DNA from: an uncultured Gemmatimonadales bacterium
GTDB lineage: Bacteria > Gemmatimonadota > Gemmatimonadetes > Gemmatimonadales > GWC2-71-9
Assembly: GCA_963828735.1 (NCBI GenBank)
Contig: CAWHFW010000002.1
Coordinates: 224,001-288,000 of the forward strand
Length of the DNA: 64,000 nucleotides
Direction of reading: 5' to 3'
In this document: positions 42,505 through 50,990 of the stretch, piece by piece
Position numbering within the stretch: the first letter of the stretch is position 1
How the letters are laid out: the number at the start of each line of letters is the position of its first letter
Notes under the pieces: model-generated
Database searches by the model: none
Told to the model about the DNA's origin: nothing
Seen by the model: only the letters and a program-made list of their open reading frames with translations
Translations under genes and position numbers: made by a program

Positions 42505-43574
42505 CGGACCCCGTCGCCCAGCTCCACGCCGGTGACGTGCGGGGCCGCCTCGCTCCGCAGGCTCTGCACCAGGCTCTCCGCCGGCACGCTCTTCCGGAGA
42601 CGCACGCGGTACTGCAGCCGTTCGGCGGCCCCGCCCTCACCCGGCAAGGCCCGCACGAACTCCCAGCGCTTGGCGGACTGGTCCAGGACGGATTCCACGG
42701 CCCGTCGCGCGGCGTCCGCGGCGCCGTGGATCTGAAGCTCGAGGGGGCGGAGCTCGGGCGCCGGTTTCTTGACGACGACGACGTCGTCCTGCGAGGAACG
42801 CCGACGGCGTCGGGCCGCCCGGTCCGAGAGCGCGTCGAGCTGGTCCGGCGTGAGCGACTTGAGGATCTGATCGTCCACGAGCCGGACGAACGCGCTGGTG
42901 CGGTTCGAGAGCGCCAGGGCTCGCTGCAAACGCTTCTGCGCGACCGGTCGCCCCAGGTCGGCCGGCGCGCGACCGAAGTCGGTGTACCAGAGGATCAGGA
43001 TGATGACGTTGAACGTGATCGAGAGCGCTGCCGCGAGCGGCACCGACTGGATGCCCGCCGCCAGGCCGACGCCGGTGCCGAGGAAGATGTACACCGCGTC
43101 CTTCGTGTCCCGCAGGGTATTCCTGAAGCTCACCGCGGCGACGATGCCGCCCAGACTGAAGGCCAGGGCCAGGCTGTTCTTGACCATGAAGACGACGCCG
43201 GCCACGACGATCGGCAGGATGATGAGCGTCTGCACGACCGACTGACGGAACCCCTTCCGCCTCCTGGTCATTATGTAGATCCAGGTGACCGGGAGCATGA
43301 GCGCGAAGGCCGCGGTCATGCCGAACACCTCCGAGAGGGGAAGTCCGGCTTTGGTCTGAAAGAGGGGGGCCTGCGAGTTCAGGAGATCGGGAAGACCGGT
43401 GGGCGTGTCCACCACACTCGGCTGAAGGCCGCCCGAAAACAGCTCCTCCGCGCCCGGCACGAACTGGATGAGGAGCCCGGTGGCCGCGAACAACAGGATG
43501 TAGTAGGCGACGACCCGGACCATGGGGTTGTCCACCAGTCGGGTGAAGCCACTCGATGTGCGTTCAGTTGGCAT
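42501..43574 (-). CDS. DUF4956 membrane protein
   Basis: QTLIILPIVVAGVV.MVKNSLALAFSLGGIVAAVSFRNTLRDTKDAVYIF..GVGLAAG. Confidence 0.85.
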   Translation of the reverse strand: MPTERTSSGFTRLVDNPMVRVVAYYILLFAATGLLIQFVPGAEELFSGGLQPSVVDTPTGLPDLLNSQAPLFQTKAGLPLSEVFGMTAAFALMLPVTWIYIMTRRRKGFRQSVVQTLIILPIVVAGVVFMVKNSLALAFSLGGIVAAVSFRNTLRDTKDAVYIFLGTGVGLAAGIQSVPLAAALSITFNVIILILWYTDFGRAPADLGRPVAQKRLQRALALSNRTSAFVRLVDDQILKSLTPDQLDALSDRAARRRRRSSQDDVVVVKKPAPELRPLELQIHGAADAARRAVESVLDQSAKRWEFVRALPGEGGAAERLQYRVRLRKSVPAESLVQSLRSEAAPHVTGVELGDGVR

Positions 43575-43619
43575 CGGCCGCCCTCCAATCGAGCGACGCG
43601 GGACCCAGAGGCGTTCGCA

Positions 43620-43647
43620 TTGACGGGCCTCGTCGATATGTTAGCGT
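43620..43647 (+). promoter_or_regulatory. Putative sigma70 promoter for the plus-strand kinase
   Basis: TTGACG-16 nt-TAGCGT with an extended -10 TG, in the divergent intergenic region. Confidence 0.4.
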
Positions 43648-43702
43648 TCGACCACTAAATTGCGACGGTTCGGTAGTTTGCGCCACAGCCGGGAGCAAAT
43701 CG

Positions 43703-45316
43703 ATGATCCAGGCCGAGCTGCTGGAAACCCAACTGGCAAGCACGCCGACTGCCCCCTCCGGGGCCATGGTGGACGAGCTGCCGGACGACCTCCTCCGCGA
43801 GGCGACGCAGAGGCTCGGTATCCTGGCGCTCGTCTGGGCAGGCCTGTTCGCGATCGGGATCCTGATGAACGACCTGGTCGCGCCCCTCATGAATATCCCG
43901 ATGCGGGATCTCATTCCCTGGGGCCGGCCCGCGGACATCGTCGGAGTGCTGAGCATCAGCCTCTCCCTCTGGTTGTGGCGCTACACCCGGAAGCTGACCT
44001 GCCGGCCCCGGCTGGCGCTCGACCTCGCGCTGGGGTACGAGGTCCTGCTCGCCTTCGGGATCGGCGTCGTCAACCAGTGGGAGCCGCACCGTCTCCTCGC
44101 CGGCCGTCTGTCGTGGATCTGCGTGGTGGTCCTTCTCTTCCCCATGATCGTCCCCAACACGCCACGGAAGACGCTCATCGCCTCACTGATCGCGGCCTCG
44201 ATGGATCCCCTCGGGCTGCTGGTTGCGCACCTCCGGGGGCTCGAGACGCCGTCCTTCGCGCTGATCCTCTGGAACTATCTCCCCAACTACGTGTGCGCGC
44301 TCATCGCGGTCATCCCGTCCAAGATCATGGTGCGACTCGGCCGACAGGTCCAGCGGGCGCGCGAGCTCGGAAGCTACCGACTGACGGAGCTCATCGGGCG
44401 GGGCGGCATGGGCGAGGTGTGGCGCGCGACGCACCGGATGCTCGCCCGGCCCGCCGCGATCAAGCTCATCAAGCCCGAGATCCTGGGCGCGTCCACTGAC
44501 AACGCAACGGCCTCCATCATCCGACGGTTCCAGCGGGAGGCCGAGGCGGCGTCCGAGCTCCAGTCACCGCACACGATCCGGCTCTACGACTTCGGCCAGA
44601 CCCGGGCCGGGACGTTCTACTTCGCGATGGAACTGCTCGACGGGCTGGATCTGGAGACGCTGATCCGCCGCTATGGCCCCGTGCCGCCCGAGCGGGTGGT
44701 CGATCTGCTCCGCCAGACATGCCACTCGCTCGGCGAGGCTCACGACCGCGGGCTGGTCCACCGCGACGTCAAGCCGGCCAACATCTATGCCTGCCGCCTC
44801 GGTCGAGAATACGACTTCGTCAAGGTGCTGGATTTCGGCCTGGTGAAGTACGACCAGGACGAATCCATCCTCGACACCATCAATGCCGCCGAGGTGACGA
44901 CCGGCACCCCAGCCTACATGGCGCCCGAGATGGCGAGCGGGGCCGACCCGGTGGACCGGCGCGCCGACATCTACGCGCTCGGGTGCGTGGGTTACTGGCT
45001 GCTGACCGGCCAGATGGTGTTCGAGGCGGAGAGCCCGCTCAAGATGCTCATCCAGCACATCCAGGCGATCCCGGTTCCTCCCAGCATCCGGACGGGTCGC
45101 CCCGTGCCGCTGGACCTGGAGCGGGTGATCATGCGATGCCTCGAGAAGGATCCGACGCGCCGCCCGCAAACGGCCGACGATCTGGTGGCGGAGCTGGATC
45201 GCGTCGTCCTGGAGCAGCCGTGGGACCAGACTCAGGCGCGGGCGTGGTGGCAGAAGCACCTGGAGCCGACGACGGGACGGGCGCCAGCCCCGCAGCTGGC
45301 AGTCGCCGTCGGGTGA
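43703..45316 (+). CDS. Membrane Ser/Thr protein kinase (multi-TM N-terminus)
   Basis: GRGGMGEV, AIKLI, HRDVKPAN, DFG, GTPAYMAPE; about six hydrophobic helices. Confidence 0.93.
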   Translation: MIQAELLETQLASTPTAPSGAMVDELPDDLLREATQRLGILALVWAGLFAIGILMNDLVAPLMNIPMRDLIPWGRPADIVGVLSISLSLWLWRYTRKLTCRPRLALDLALGYEVLLAFGIGVVNQWEPHRLLAGRLSWICVVVLLFPMIVPNTPRKTLIASLIAASMDPLGLLVAHLRGLETPSFALILWNYLPNYVCALIAVIPSKIMVRLGRQVQRARELGSYRLTELIGRGGMGEVWRATHRMLARPAAIKLIKPEILGASTDNATASIIRRFQREAEAASELQSPHTIRLYDFGQTRAGTFYFAMELLDGLDLETLIRRYGPVPPERVVDLLRQTCHSLGEAHDRGLVHRDVKPANIYACRLGREYDFVKVLDFGLVKYDQDESILDTINAAEVTTGTPAYMAPEMASGADPVDRRADIYALGCVGYWLLTGQMVFEAESPLKMLIQHIQAIPVPPSIRTGRPVPLDLERVIMRCLEKDPTRRPQTADDLVAELDRVVLEQPWDQTQARAWWQKHLEPTTGRAPAPQLAVAVG

Positions 45317-46182
45317 GACGCTGCGTCCTGCGGCGCGCGCTTCCCACGGCGCTCGTGGTCACCGCCGTCGCGGGGACGGTCGCGACCGCGGGAGCGCCCG
45401 AGAGCCTGCTCGCGAGGTATGACCTCACGGCGCCGCCGGCAGGCCGCTGGAAGCTGCCGAAGGAGCTCAACGAGATCAGCGGCCTCGCGATGGAGGGGAG
45501 TCGACTGTTTGCGCACGGCGACGAGCAGGCCATCGTCTATGAGCTCGACCCCGCCTCGCATACCGTGGTCCGCCGGTTCTCGCTCGGCCAGCCCGCGGTC
45601 CGCGGCGACTTCGAGGCGATCGCGGTGGTGCACGACCGCGTGTTCCTCACCACCAGTGACGGCGACCTGTACGCCGCGTCGATCGGCGCCGACGGCGCGG
45701 CGGTCCCGTACGAGCGTTTCGTGACGGGGATCGGACGAAGCTGCGAGGTGGAAGGGCTGGCGTACGACCCGAAGGGACGCGAGTTCCTGTTCGGCTGCAA
45801 GACGCCGCGCGTGCGTGCGCTCCACGGGCGGCTCGCGGTGATCGGCTGGTCCCCGGAGCGACGCGAGGCGCCCGTGCTGCGCCTCGGCATTCCGATCGCC
45901 ACGGTCGAGGACCTCGAGGGGGAAGCGGTGGCACCGTCGGAGCTGCTGCGGGACCCATCGAGCGGGCACCTGCTGTTGCTGGCGGCGCGGGCGCGCGTGA
46001 TCGTCGAGGTGACGCCAGAGGGCGGAGTGGTCGCGGTCGCGAAGCTCCGTCACTCGCTGCACCGCCAGGCCGAGGGTCTCGCGATCGGCGCGGACGGCTC
46101 GCTGCTCGTCGCCGATGAGGCCGCCGGTGAGCATCCGATGCTCACGCGCTACGCACCGCGTCCGGCGTCCCGCGCCCCGTGA
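45313..46182 (+). CDS. SdiA-regulated/YjiK-like secreted beta-propeller protein
   Basis: GTGA overlap; signal peptide; ELNEISGLA, HGDE, GDFEAIA, EVEGLAYD, QAEGLA. Confidence 0.78.
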   Translation: MRRCVLRRALPTALVVTAVAGTVATAGAPESLLARYDLTAPPAGRWKLPKELNEISGLAMEGSRLFAHGDEQAIVYELDPASHTVVRRFSLGQPAVRGDFEAIAVVHDRVFLTTSDGDLYAASIGADGAAVPYERFVTGIGRSCEVEGLAYDPKGREFLFGCKTPRVRALHGRLAVIGWSPERREAPVLRLGIPIATVEDLEGEAVAPSELLRDPSSGHLLLLAARARVIVEVTPEGGVVAVAKLRHSLHRQAEGLAIGADGSLLVADEAAGEHPMLTRYAPRPASRAP

Positions 46183-46189
46183 GCTCCTG

Positions 46190-47431
46190 CTAGGGGCGAA
46201 CCGGTCGCACCACGGCTGACCGCGCGCTGTCCGGGGGCGCGCACCCGTTCGCCCAGGTGTTCGCCGGCGGCAGCACCTGGGCGTAGATCTCGCGCGGCTC
46301 CCCCGTTGCCGACACCGTTACCACGCCCAGCCGCAGCCCACCGTCCCGCAGCAGATCCGCCCGCATGAAGCCGCCCGTCGAGAGCGCCAGCCGGGTCTCG
46401 GGGATCTCCTCCACGTAGCTCTGGTGTCCCAAAATCCCTACGCCACTGACCGCGAGCAACGGCGGCCGTCCGCGATCGAGGATCTGGAGGGTGTGCTCGT
46501 GGCCTGCTGCATAGAGCGCCGGCGGCCGGCATGCGAACGCGCTGTCCAGTGCCGCGCGTAGCGCCCGGTAGGCGGCGGAGTTCACGTCTTCCGAGCTGAT
46601 GCCGGCACCGCGGAGGGCAGGATAGATCGTGCCGATGATCGGCAGGGGGATGTAGAGCGCCGGGTGCAGGGCACGGAGGGGGAAGATGTAGTCGCCGGGC
46701 GAGAAGTATCCGCCGTGCGGACCTGCCGTGAGGATCGGATGGTGGCCGGCGACGATCACCTGCCGGCCGGATGATTCCGCGAGAATCCGTGCGATCGCCC
46801 GCCGGACCTCGCGGTCTGTCTTGGCGGGACATGCGGAGCCTTCCCCGGGTTTCTCGTGCGGGAAGAGCCACCACTCCGTGTCGAGGAGCACGAGTCGCAG
46901 GCCGCTCGAGACGTCCACGATCTCCGGACCCGGGCAGCCGTCCGCCGGAAGCATGCGGGCTCGCCCGCCGCCCTCCCGGGCAATAAGGCTGCCCTGACGG
47001 CGGATGCGAGCGAGCCCGTCGGATCCCGATTTCTGCCAGTCGTGATTGCCGGGGATGAAGACGGTCGGCGCGTCGTGTGCGAGGGCGAGCTGCGCCTCGA
47101 GCCGTCGAAGCGCCTCCGGATACGAGGGATCGGTGCTGTCCGGCACCCCGTAGTCGTACACATTGTCGCCGAGGAACAGGATGATGGTCGAATCCGGCCG
47201 GCCGACGAGTGAGCGCTTGACCCCCTGCAGCACCGGCTCTCCCGAAGCTTTCGGAGCCCCGGCGTCGCCGATGAGGATGACGCTCGCCACCACGTCCCCA
47301 CGCGCGGGCGGGGGGGCCGTGGACGCGGGAATGACGTGCGCGGAACAGGCCGCGAGCGCGATCGTCGGCAGGGTGCGCGCGGCGACGCGCCAGGAGAAAC
47401 GAGCGAAAGGGCTGGGGATGGAGTTCTTCAG
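46190..47431 (-). CDS. Calcineurin-like metallophosphoesterase lipoprotein; probable CTG start
   Basis: GDAG, LGDNVY, PGNHDW, GHHP, AGHEH; in-frame lipobox IALAA-C upstream of the track's GTG start (47293). Confidence 0.88.
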   Translation of the reverse strand: MKNSIPSPFARFSWRVAARTLPTIALAACSAHVIPASTAPPPARGDVVASVILIGDAGAPKASGEPVLQGVKRSLVGRPDSTIILFLGDNVYDYGVPDSTDPSYPEALRRLEAQLALAHDAPTVFIPGNHDWQKSGSDGLARIRRQGSLIAREGGGRARMLPADGCPGPEIVDVSSGLRLVLLDTEWWLFPHEKPGEGSACPAKTDREVRRAIARILAESSGRQVIVAGHHPILTAGPHGGYFSPGDYIFPLRALHPALYIPLPIIGTIYPALRGAGISSEDVNSAAYRALRAALDSAFACRPPALYAAGHEHTLQILDRGRPPLLAVSGVGILGHQSYVEEIPETRLALSTGGFMRADLLRDGGLRLGVVTVSATGEPREIYAQVLPPANTWANGCAPPDSARSAVVRPVRP

Positions 47432-47723
47432 GCCGGGCGGCCCAGGTGGAGGGCCCGTAGGGTGCGCCAGTACATCGCAATCATCGCAGTGGTGCTATCG
47501 CGTTGTTATCACGTGGCTTGGCATTGGTGTTATAAAGGTGTTTAGAGGTCAAGGCGGCCTCCCTAGAGCGATCGATGACAATCCACTTGAGGCATTGGTG
47601 GCAGCATGCGACGCGCAGGAGACTCCCCCAGCCTGGGGGCGGCGCGAAATTCAAGGTGGCTTCGCTCTGCCCCAGGGCCCTGGACTTTGACCTGCCGAGC
47701 CCCTGCCCCAGGATGACTGCTAG

Positions 47724-47966
47724 CTACCGGCGCCCGTCGGACAACCTGCTGACGTGGCCTCCCGGCCGGATAGTGGAACCGCCCCTGAACTCGAAGTGCT
47801 CGTCGGAAAGCAGCCTCCCCTTGAGCAACCCAGCGTACCCGTGCTGCGCAAGGATCCGGTCGGCTACCCGACTCGCGGCGCTCGCGGCCGCCTCCCAGCC
47901 TGCACGGAGCTCGGGATAGACGTGGGCGAATCCTGGCCGGATCCGCGCCTCACGGCTCAGTCCCAC
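47724..47966 (-). CDS. Small hypothetical protein (80 aa)
   Basis: GGGAGGAG RBS before GTG; REARIRPGFAHVYPEL...RLLSDEHFEFRGG. Confidence 0.6.
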   Translation of the reverse strand: MGLSREARIRPGFAHVYPELRAGWEAAASAASRVADRILAQHGYAGLLKGRLLSDEHFEFRGGSTIRPGGHVSRLSDGRR

Positions 47967-47988
47967 TCGCTCCTCCCGCCTGAAATCG

Positions 47989-48552
47989 CTATCCTGGTCG
48001 AGCCGTCCCCGGCGTGGCCGGCGGGACCGGATTGTAATGAAGATGCGCGACCCGCCACCGTTGACCATCCCGAACCCACACTTCGGTGTACCGCGTGAGC
48101 GCGGGCCGCGGCTCGCCGGGAATGTCGTACCGTATCAGGCCGCTGACGACCGCCACGGTGCCGTATAGCCGGACGCTCGTCTCCTCGAACTGGCTCGGCG
48201 CCACGCCTCCGGTATCCGCCTGGATGGCCGCGAGGAACTGCGGCTTGTTCAGGGAGCCGCGACCACCGGTGAGCTGAAAGTTGTCGACCAACGTCGCCGA
48301 GAAGAACGCGGTATCCCGATTCGCCAATGCCTGGATCCACCGCGCGTGCAGCCCCGCGATGTCCTGGGCCGCCTCCATGCTGACTTTGGCCGTACTGTCG
48401 CCGAGGACCGGCGGGGCGTCGGTTCGGGCGGTTTGAGGTGCCCCACAAGCGGCCACCATCGCCACCAGGCCGGCCATGCGGAATCCCGACGCTCGGACCG
48501 CACCACGGCCCGCCGTGCCGAGGTCGCTGCGAACGACCGATGGTTGGCTCAT
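47989..48552 (-). CDS. NTF2/DUF4440-like lipoprotein
   Basis: VAMVAA-C lipobox; WIQALANRD...VRLYGTVAVV...RYTEVWVRDGQRWRVAHLH. Confidence 0.8.
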   Translation of the reverse strand: MSQPSVVRSDLGTAGRGAVRASGFRMAGLVAMVAACGAPQTARTDAPPVLGDSTAKVSMEAAQDIAGLHARWIQALANRDTAFFSATLVDNFQLTGGRGSLNKPQFLAAIQADTGGVAPSQFEETSVRLYGTVAVVSGLIRYDIPGEPRPALTRYTEVWVRDGQRWRVAHLHYNPVPPATPGTARPG

Positions 48553-48627
48553 GGGACGGATTGTACCGCGCCACGGGCGCTCGCGCTATGCGCCTCAGGA
48601 TGACCACGTGTGCGCCTGCGCCGCCGC

Positions 48628-48804
48628 TCAGTGCGTGATCAGCACGTTCGCGATCACGAGGTACTCGACGAGCACCACGGTCCACAAGACGACCCTGCGG
48701 AAATTGACCGGACGAATGAGGGAGTTGCACAGGGAGCAGATGCGTGCCCCTGGGGGGGCGGACAACCCACAGCGTGGGCAGGAAATCGACGGCGAGGTAC
48801 TCAT
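48628..48804 (-). CDS. 58-aa zinc-ribbon + TM microprotein
   Basis: Hand translation MSTSPSISCPRCGLSAPPGARICSLCNSLIRPVNFRRVVLWTVVLVEYLVIANVLITH; not in the ORF track. Confidence 0.65.
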   Translation of the reverse strand: MSTSPSISCPRCGLSAPPGARICSLCNSLIRPVNFRRVVLWTVVLVEYLVIANVLITH

Positions 48805-48870
48805 AGCAACAACCAGTCCGCGGACATGGAGGGGTCGACAAAGTTCAAGATAGGTCAGCGGACGGCGCCG

Positions 48871-49287
48871 TCAACCGTGTGGCTGTTTGATCTCCTGGGC
48901 CTCGTGCGACGAGCCGACGAGCAGGTGCTGGACGGCCCTCAAGAGTCCGCCTGGGGTGAAGGGCTTTTCGAGAAGCTGCCCCGGAACGTCACTCCCTGCG
49001 CTGAATCCCGAAATGAAGCGGATGGGAGGGGGACGCTGGCAACTCCCAAGCGCTCGGGCCAAGGCGAGCCCATCGACGTCCGGCATGCGCACGTCCGTCA
49101 CCACCGCCGCGACCTCTCCTCCGGCCACATCGAAGAGCGTCAACGCTTCCCGTCCATCAGCAGCCTCGAGCACGCGGTAGCATTCCCCGAGCACGTCGGC
49201 CATCAGGCGACGCAGCAGCGGCTCGTCGTCGACGACGAGAACGAGCGGCCGGAATCGGTCGGCCCCGGAATCGAAAGGGAAGCCCAT
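48871..49287 (-). CDS. Single-domain response regulator
   Basis: LVVDDE, TDVRMP, EKPF. Confidence 0.88.
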   Translation of the reverse strand: MGFPFDSGADRFRPLVLVVDDEPLLRRLMADVLGECYRVLEAADGREALTLFDVAGGEVAAVVTDVRMPDVDGLALARALGSCQRPPPIRFISGFSAGSDVPGQLLEKPFTPGGLLRAVQHLLVGSSHEAQEIKQPHG

Positions 49288-49349
49288 GCCGCAACTTATC
49301 GAGGTTGAGCCACCGTCTGTAGGTCGCTTCTACGACCGCCGAGCGGGAA

Positions 49350-49907
49350 TCAGCGCCGCGTCATTCTCTGGCGGATCTGCCTCAACGTGTTCATGAGCTC
49401 GCCGAATCTGGCTTGGTGTTTTCTTGCGATCGCGTGTTGCCATGCGGCGAGTGAACGCGTTTCGGCGGCATCGGCCCGCATCTGCTGTGCGCGCCGCTTC
49501 ATCGCTCGCGACCTGACGACCAGCGGCGCGACCGCCCCGGTCAGCTCCTCCGCACCGAACGGCTTGTGAAGGAGGGGCACCGGCGGGAGGTCGGGTGGCA
49601 GTTGAGCCAACGCCGACATGGCCACGACCGGCAATCCTGGGCAGCACTCCAGGAGTACCGAGATCAGTTCCGGGCCGGATATGCCCGGCATCGCCAGGTC
49701 TGTGACGACCGCGTCGAGCACCTGGGCCTCGTCCCGCGCGATCACACGAAGGGCCTCCTCGCCGTCACCGGCCTCGACCACGGAGGTCCCCTCGACCTCG
49801 ATCATCCGTCGCAGTGCTCGGCGCACGAACGAATCATCGTCCACGAGGAGCAAAGTGGCCCCGTCGGGGATCCGGAAGCACGCGGGATGGGTATTCACAA
49901 CAGTCAT
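49350..49907 (-). CDS. Response regulator with C-terminal helical extension
   Basis: LLVDDD, TDLAMP, HKPF. Confidence 0.85.
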   Translation of the reverse strand: MTVVNTHPACFRIPDGATLLLVDDDSFVRRALRRMIEVEGTSVVEAGDGEEALRVIARDEAQVLDAVVTDLAMPGISGPELISVLLECCPGLPVVAMSALAQLPPDLPPVPLLHKPFGAEELTGAVAPLVVRSRAMKRRAQQMRADAAETRSLAAWQHAIARKHQARFGELMNTLRQIRQRMTRR

Positions 49908-50105
49908 GAAACGCCGCCCATGAAACGCCGCCGAATCGAACTGCCGCGACGACCTCGTTACCACCTGACAACGCGGGACACTGTGAGCACGCTCACGCTC
50001 GGAAAAACTGGGTGGCTCGAGCGGCCGAACTGGGCTGTCACTAAGCAAGTCCCACCATGCGGTGCCACTCACACTGCGGGGTGCGCATCGCGCTGCCGAA
50101 CGCAG

Positions 50106-50136
50106 GAAACCACTTGAACGCTCCTGTTCAAGTGGT
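50106..50136 (-). terminator. Hairpin downstream of the tRNA 3' fragment
   Basis: accacttgaa...ttcaagtggt inverted repeat followed by TT on the minus strand. Confidence 0.55.
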
Positions 50137-50146
50137 GAGGCTCAAA

Positions 50147-50188
50147 TAGCAGGGGCGGGACTCGAACCCGCGACCCCGGCATTATGAG
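50147..50188 (-). repeat. att site: 42-bp duplicate of the 3' half of tRNA-Met
   Basis: tagcaggggcgggactcgaacccgcgaccccggcattatgag is identical to 58168-58209. Confidence 0.95.
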
Positions 50189-50416
50189 ATATGGGACGCC
50201 GGGGAGCAAGCAACTCCTCCGAGGGAACACTTCGCGGCGTGCCCCGCGAAGCTCCGGGAAATCGTGTGGTCCACGGTGCACCTGATGGTGCAATGATCCC
50301 CTGCCCCATACTTGTCAATCTGCATACTTCTCACCAAGCCGGACAAGTATACTAAGTGTCAGGATAGAGAGAGCTTGGCATACATACTTATCATCTCAGC
50401 CCTGTGTGGGGAGTCG

Positions 50417-50680
50417 GTGCCCAGCCGCAAAGACAACATCGACATCATCCGGGGCATGGCCCTGTCAGCCGCGGCGGCCATCGCCAAGGGTGAGGCCGTG
50501 AACACCGAGGTTGTGGAGGACTTCGCCAATGAGCAGCTCAAGGTCCGCGTGCGCATCGGGAAGCGGTCGGCGCTGTTCGCGGTCTACAACGGCGACGTGG
50601 AGCGCGTCCAAGGTGACCGCGTGATCGCCCGGAAGGTGGAGCGACTGATACAGGAGGCGCTCTCGGAGATGGGGCGGTAA
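50417..50680 (+). CDS. Hypothetical protein (87 aa)
   Basis: GGGGAG RBS and GTG start; GC3-biased codons. Confidence 0.6.
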   Translation: MPSRKDNIDIIRGMALSAAAAIAKGEAVNTEVVEDFANEQLKVRVRIGKRSALFAVYNGDVERVQGDRVIARKVERLIQEALSEMGR

Positions 50681-50749
50681 CGCGTCGAACACCTGACCAA
50701 ATCTGCGTGAAAAACCACGTGCCAGCGCTTCCCAACGCCCCCTGCGAGT

Positions 50750-50990
50750 AACTCGATTCGTTCCCTCCCCGTGCCGTTCATCACGCACGTCATCGGAGCT
50801 GTGGGATCGGGTGGCATGGTCATCTGTCTAGCCGGTGAGCGGCGCTATGGCTCTCCGAATGCGCGCTTTCAGCTGCATGGCGCGGGCTTCCTCCTCCACA
50901 CTCCGAATCCGACCCTCACCGTCCAGGGCTTCGAACTCCGGGAGCATCTCACCGGGGTAGAGACCGCCGATGGCTTCATGGCCGCCATAC
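50750..50990 (+). pseudogene. ClpP-like protease fragment
   Basis: IRSLPVPFITHVIGAVGSGGMVICLAGERRYGSPNARFQLHG resembles the ClpP Ser/His region; both ends missing. Confidence 0.55.

Noticed and set aside
50147..50188. A second tRNA-Met gene
   Set aside because: Only the anticodon loop to the 3' end is present, so it is an att duplicate.
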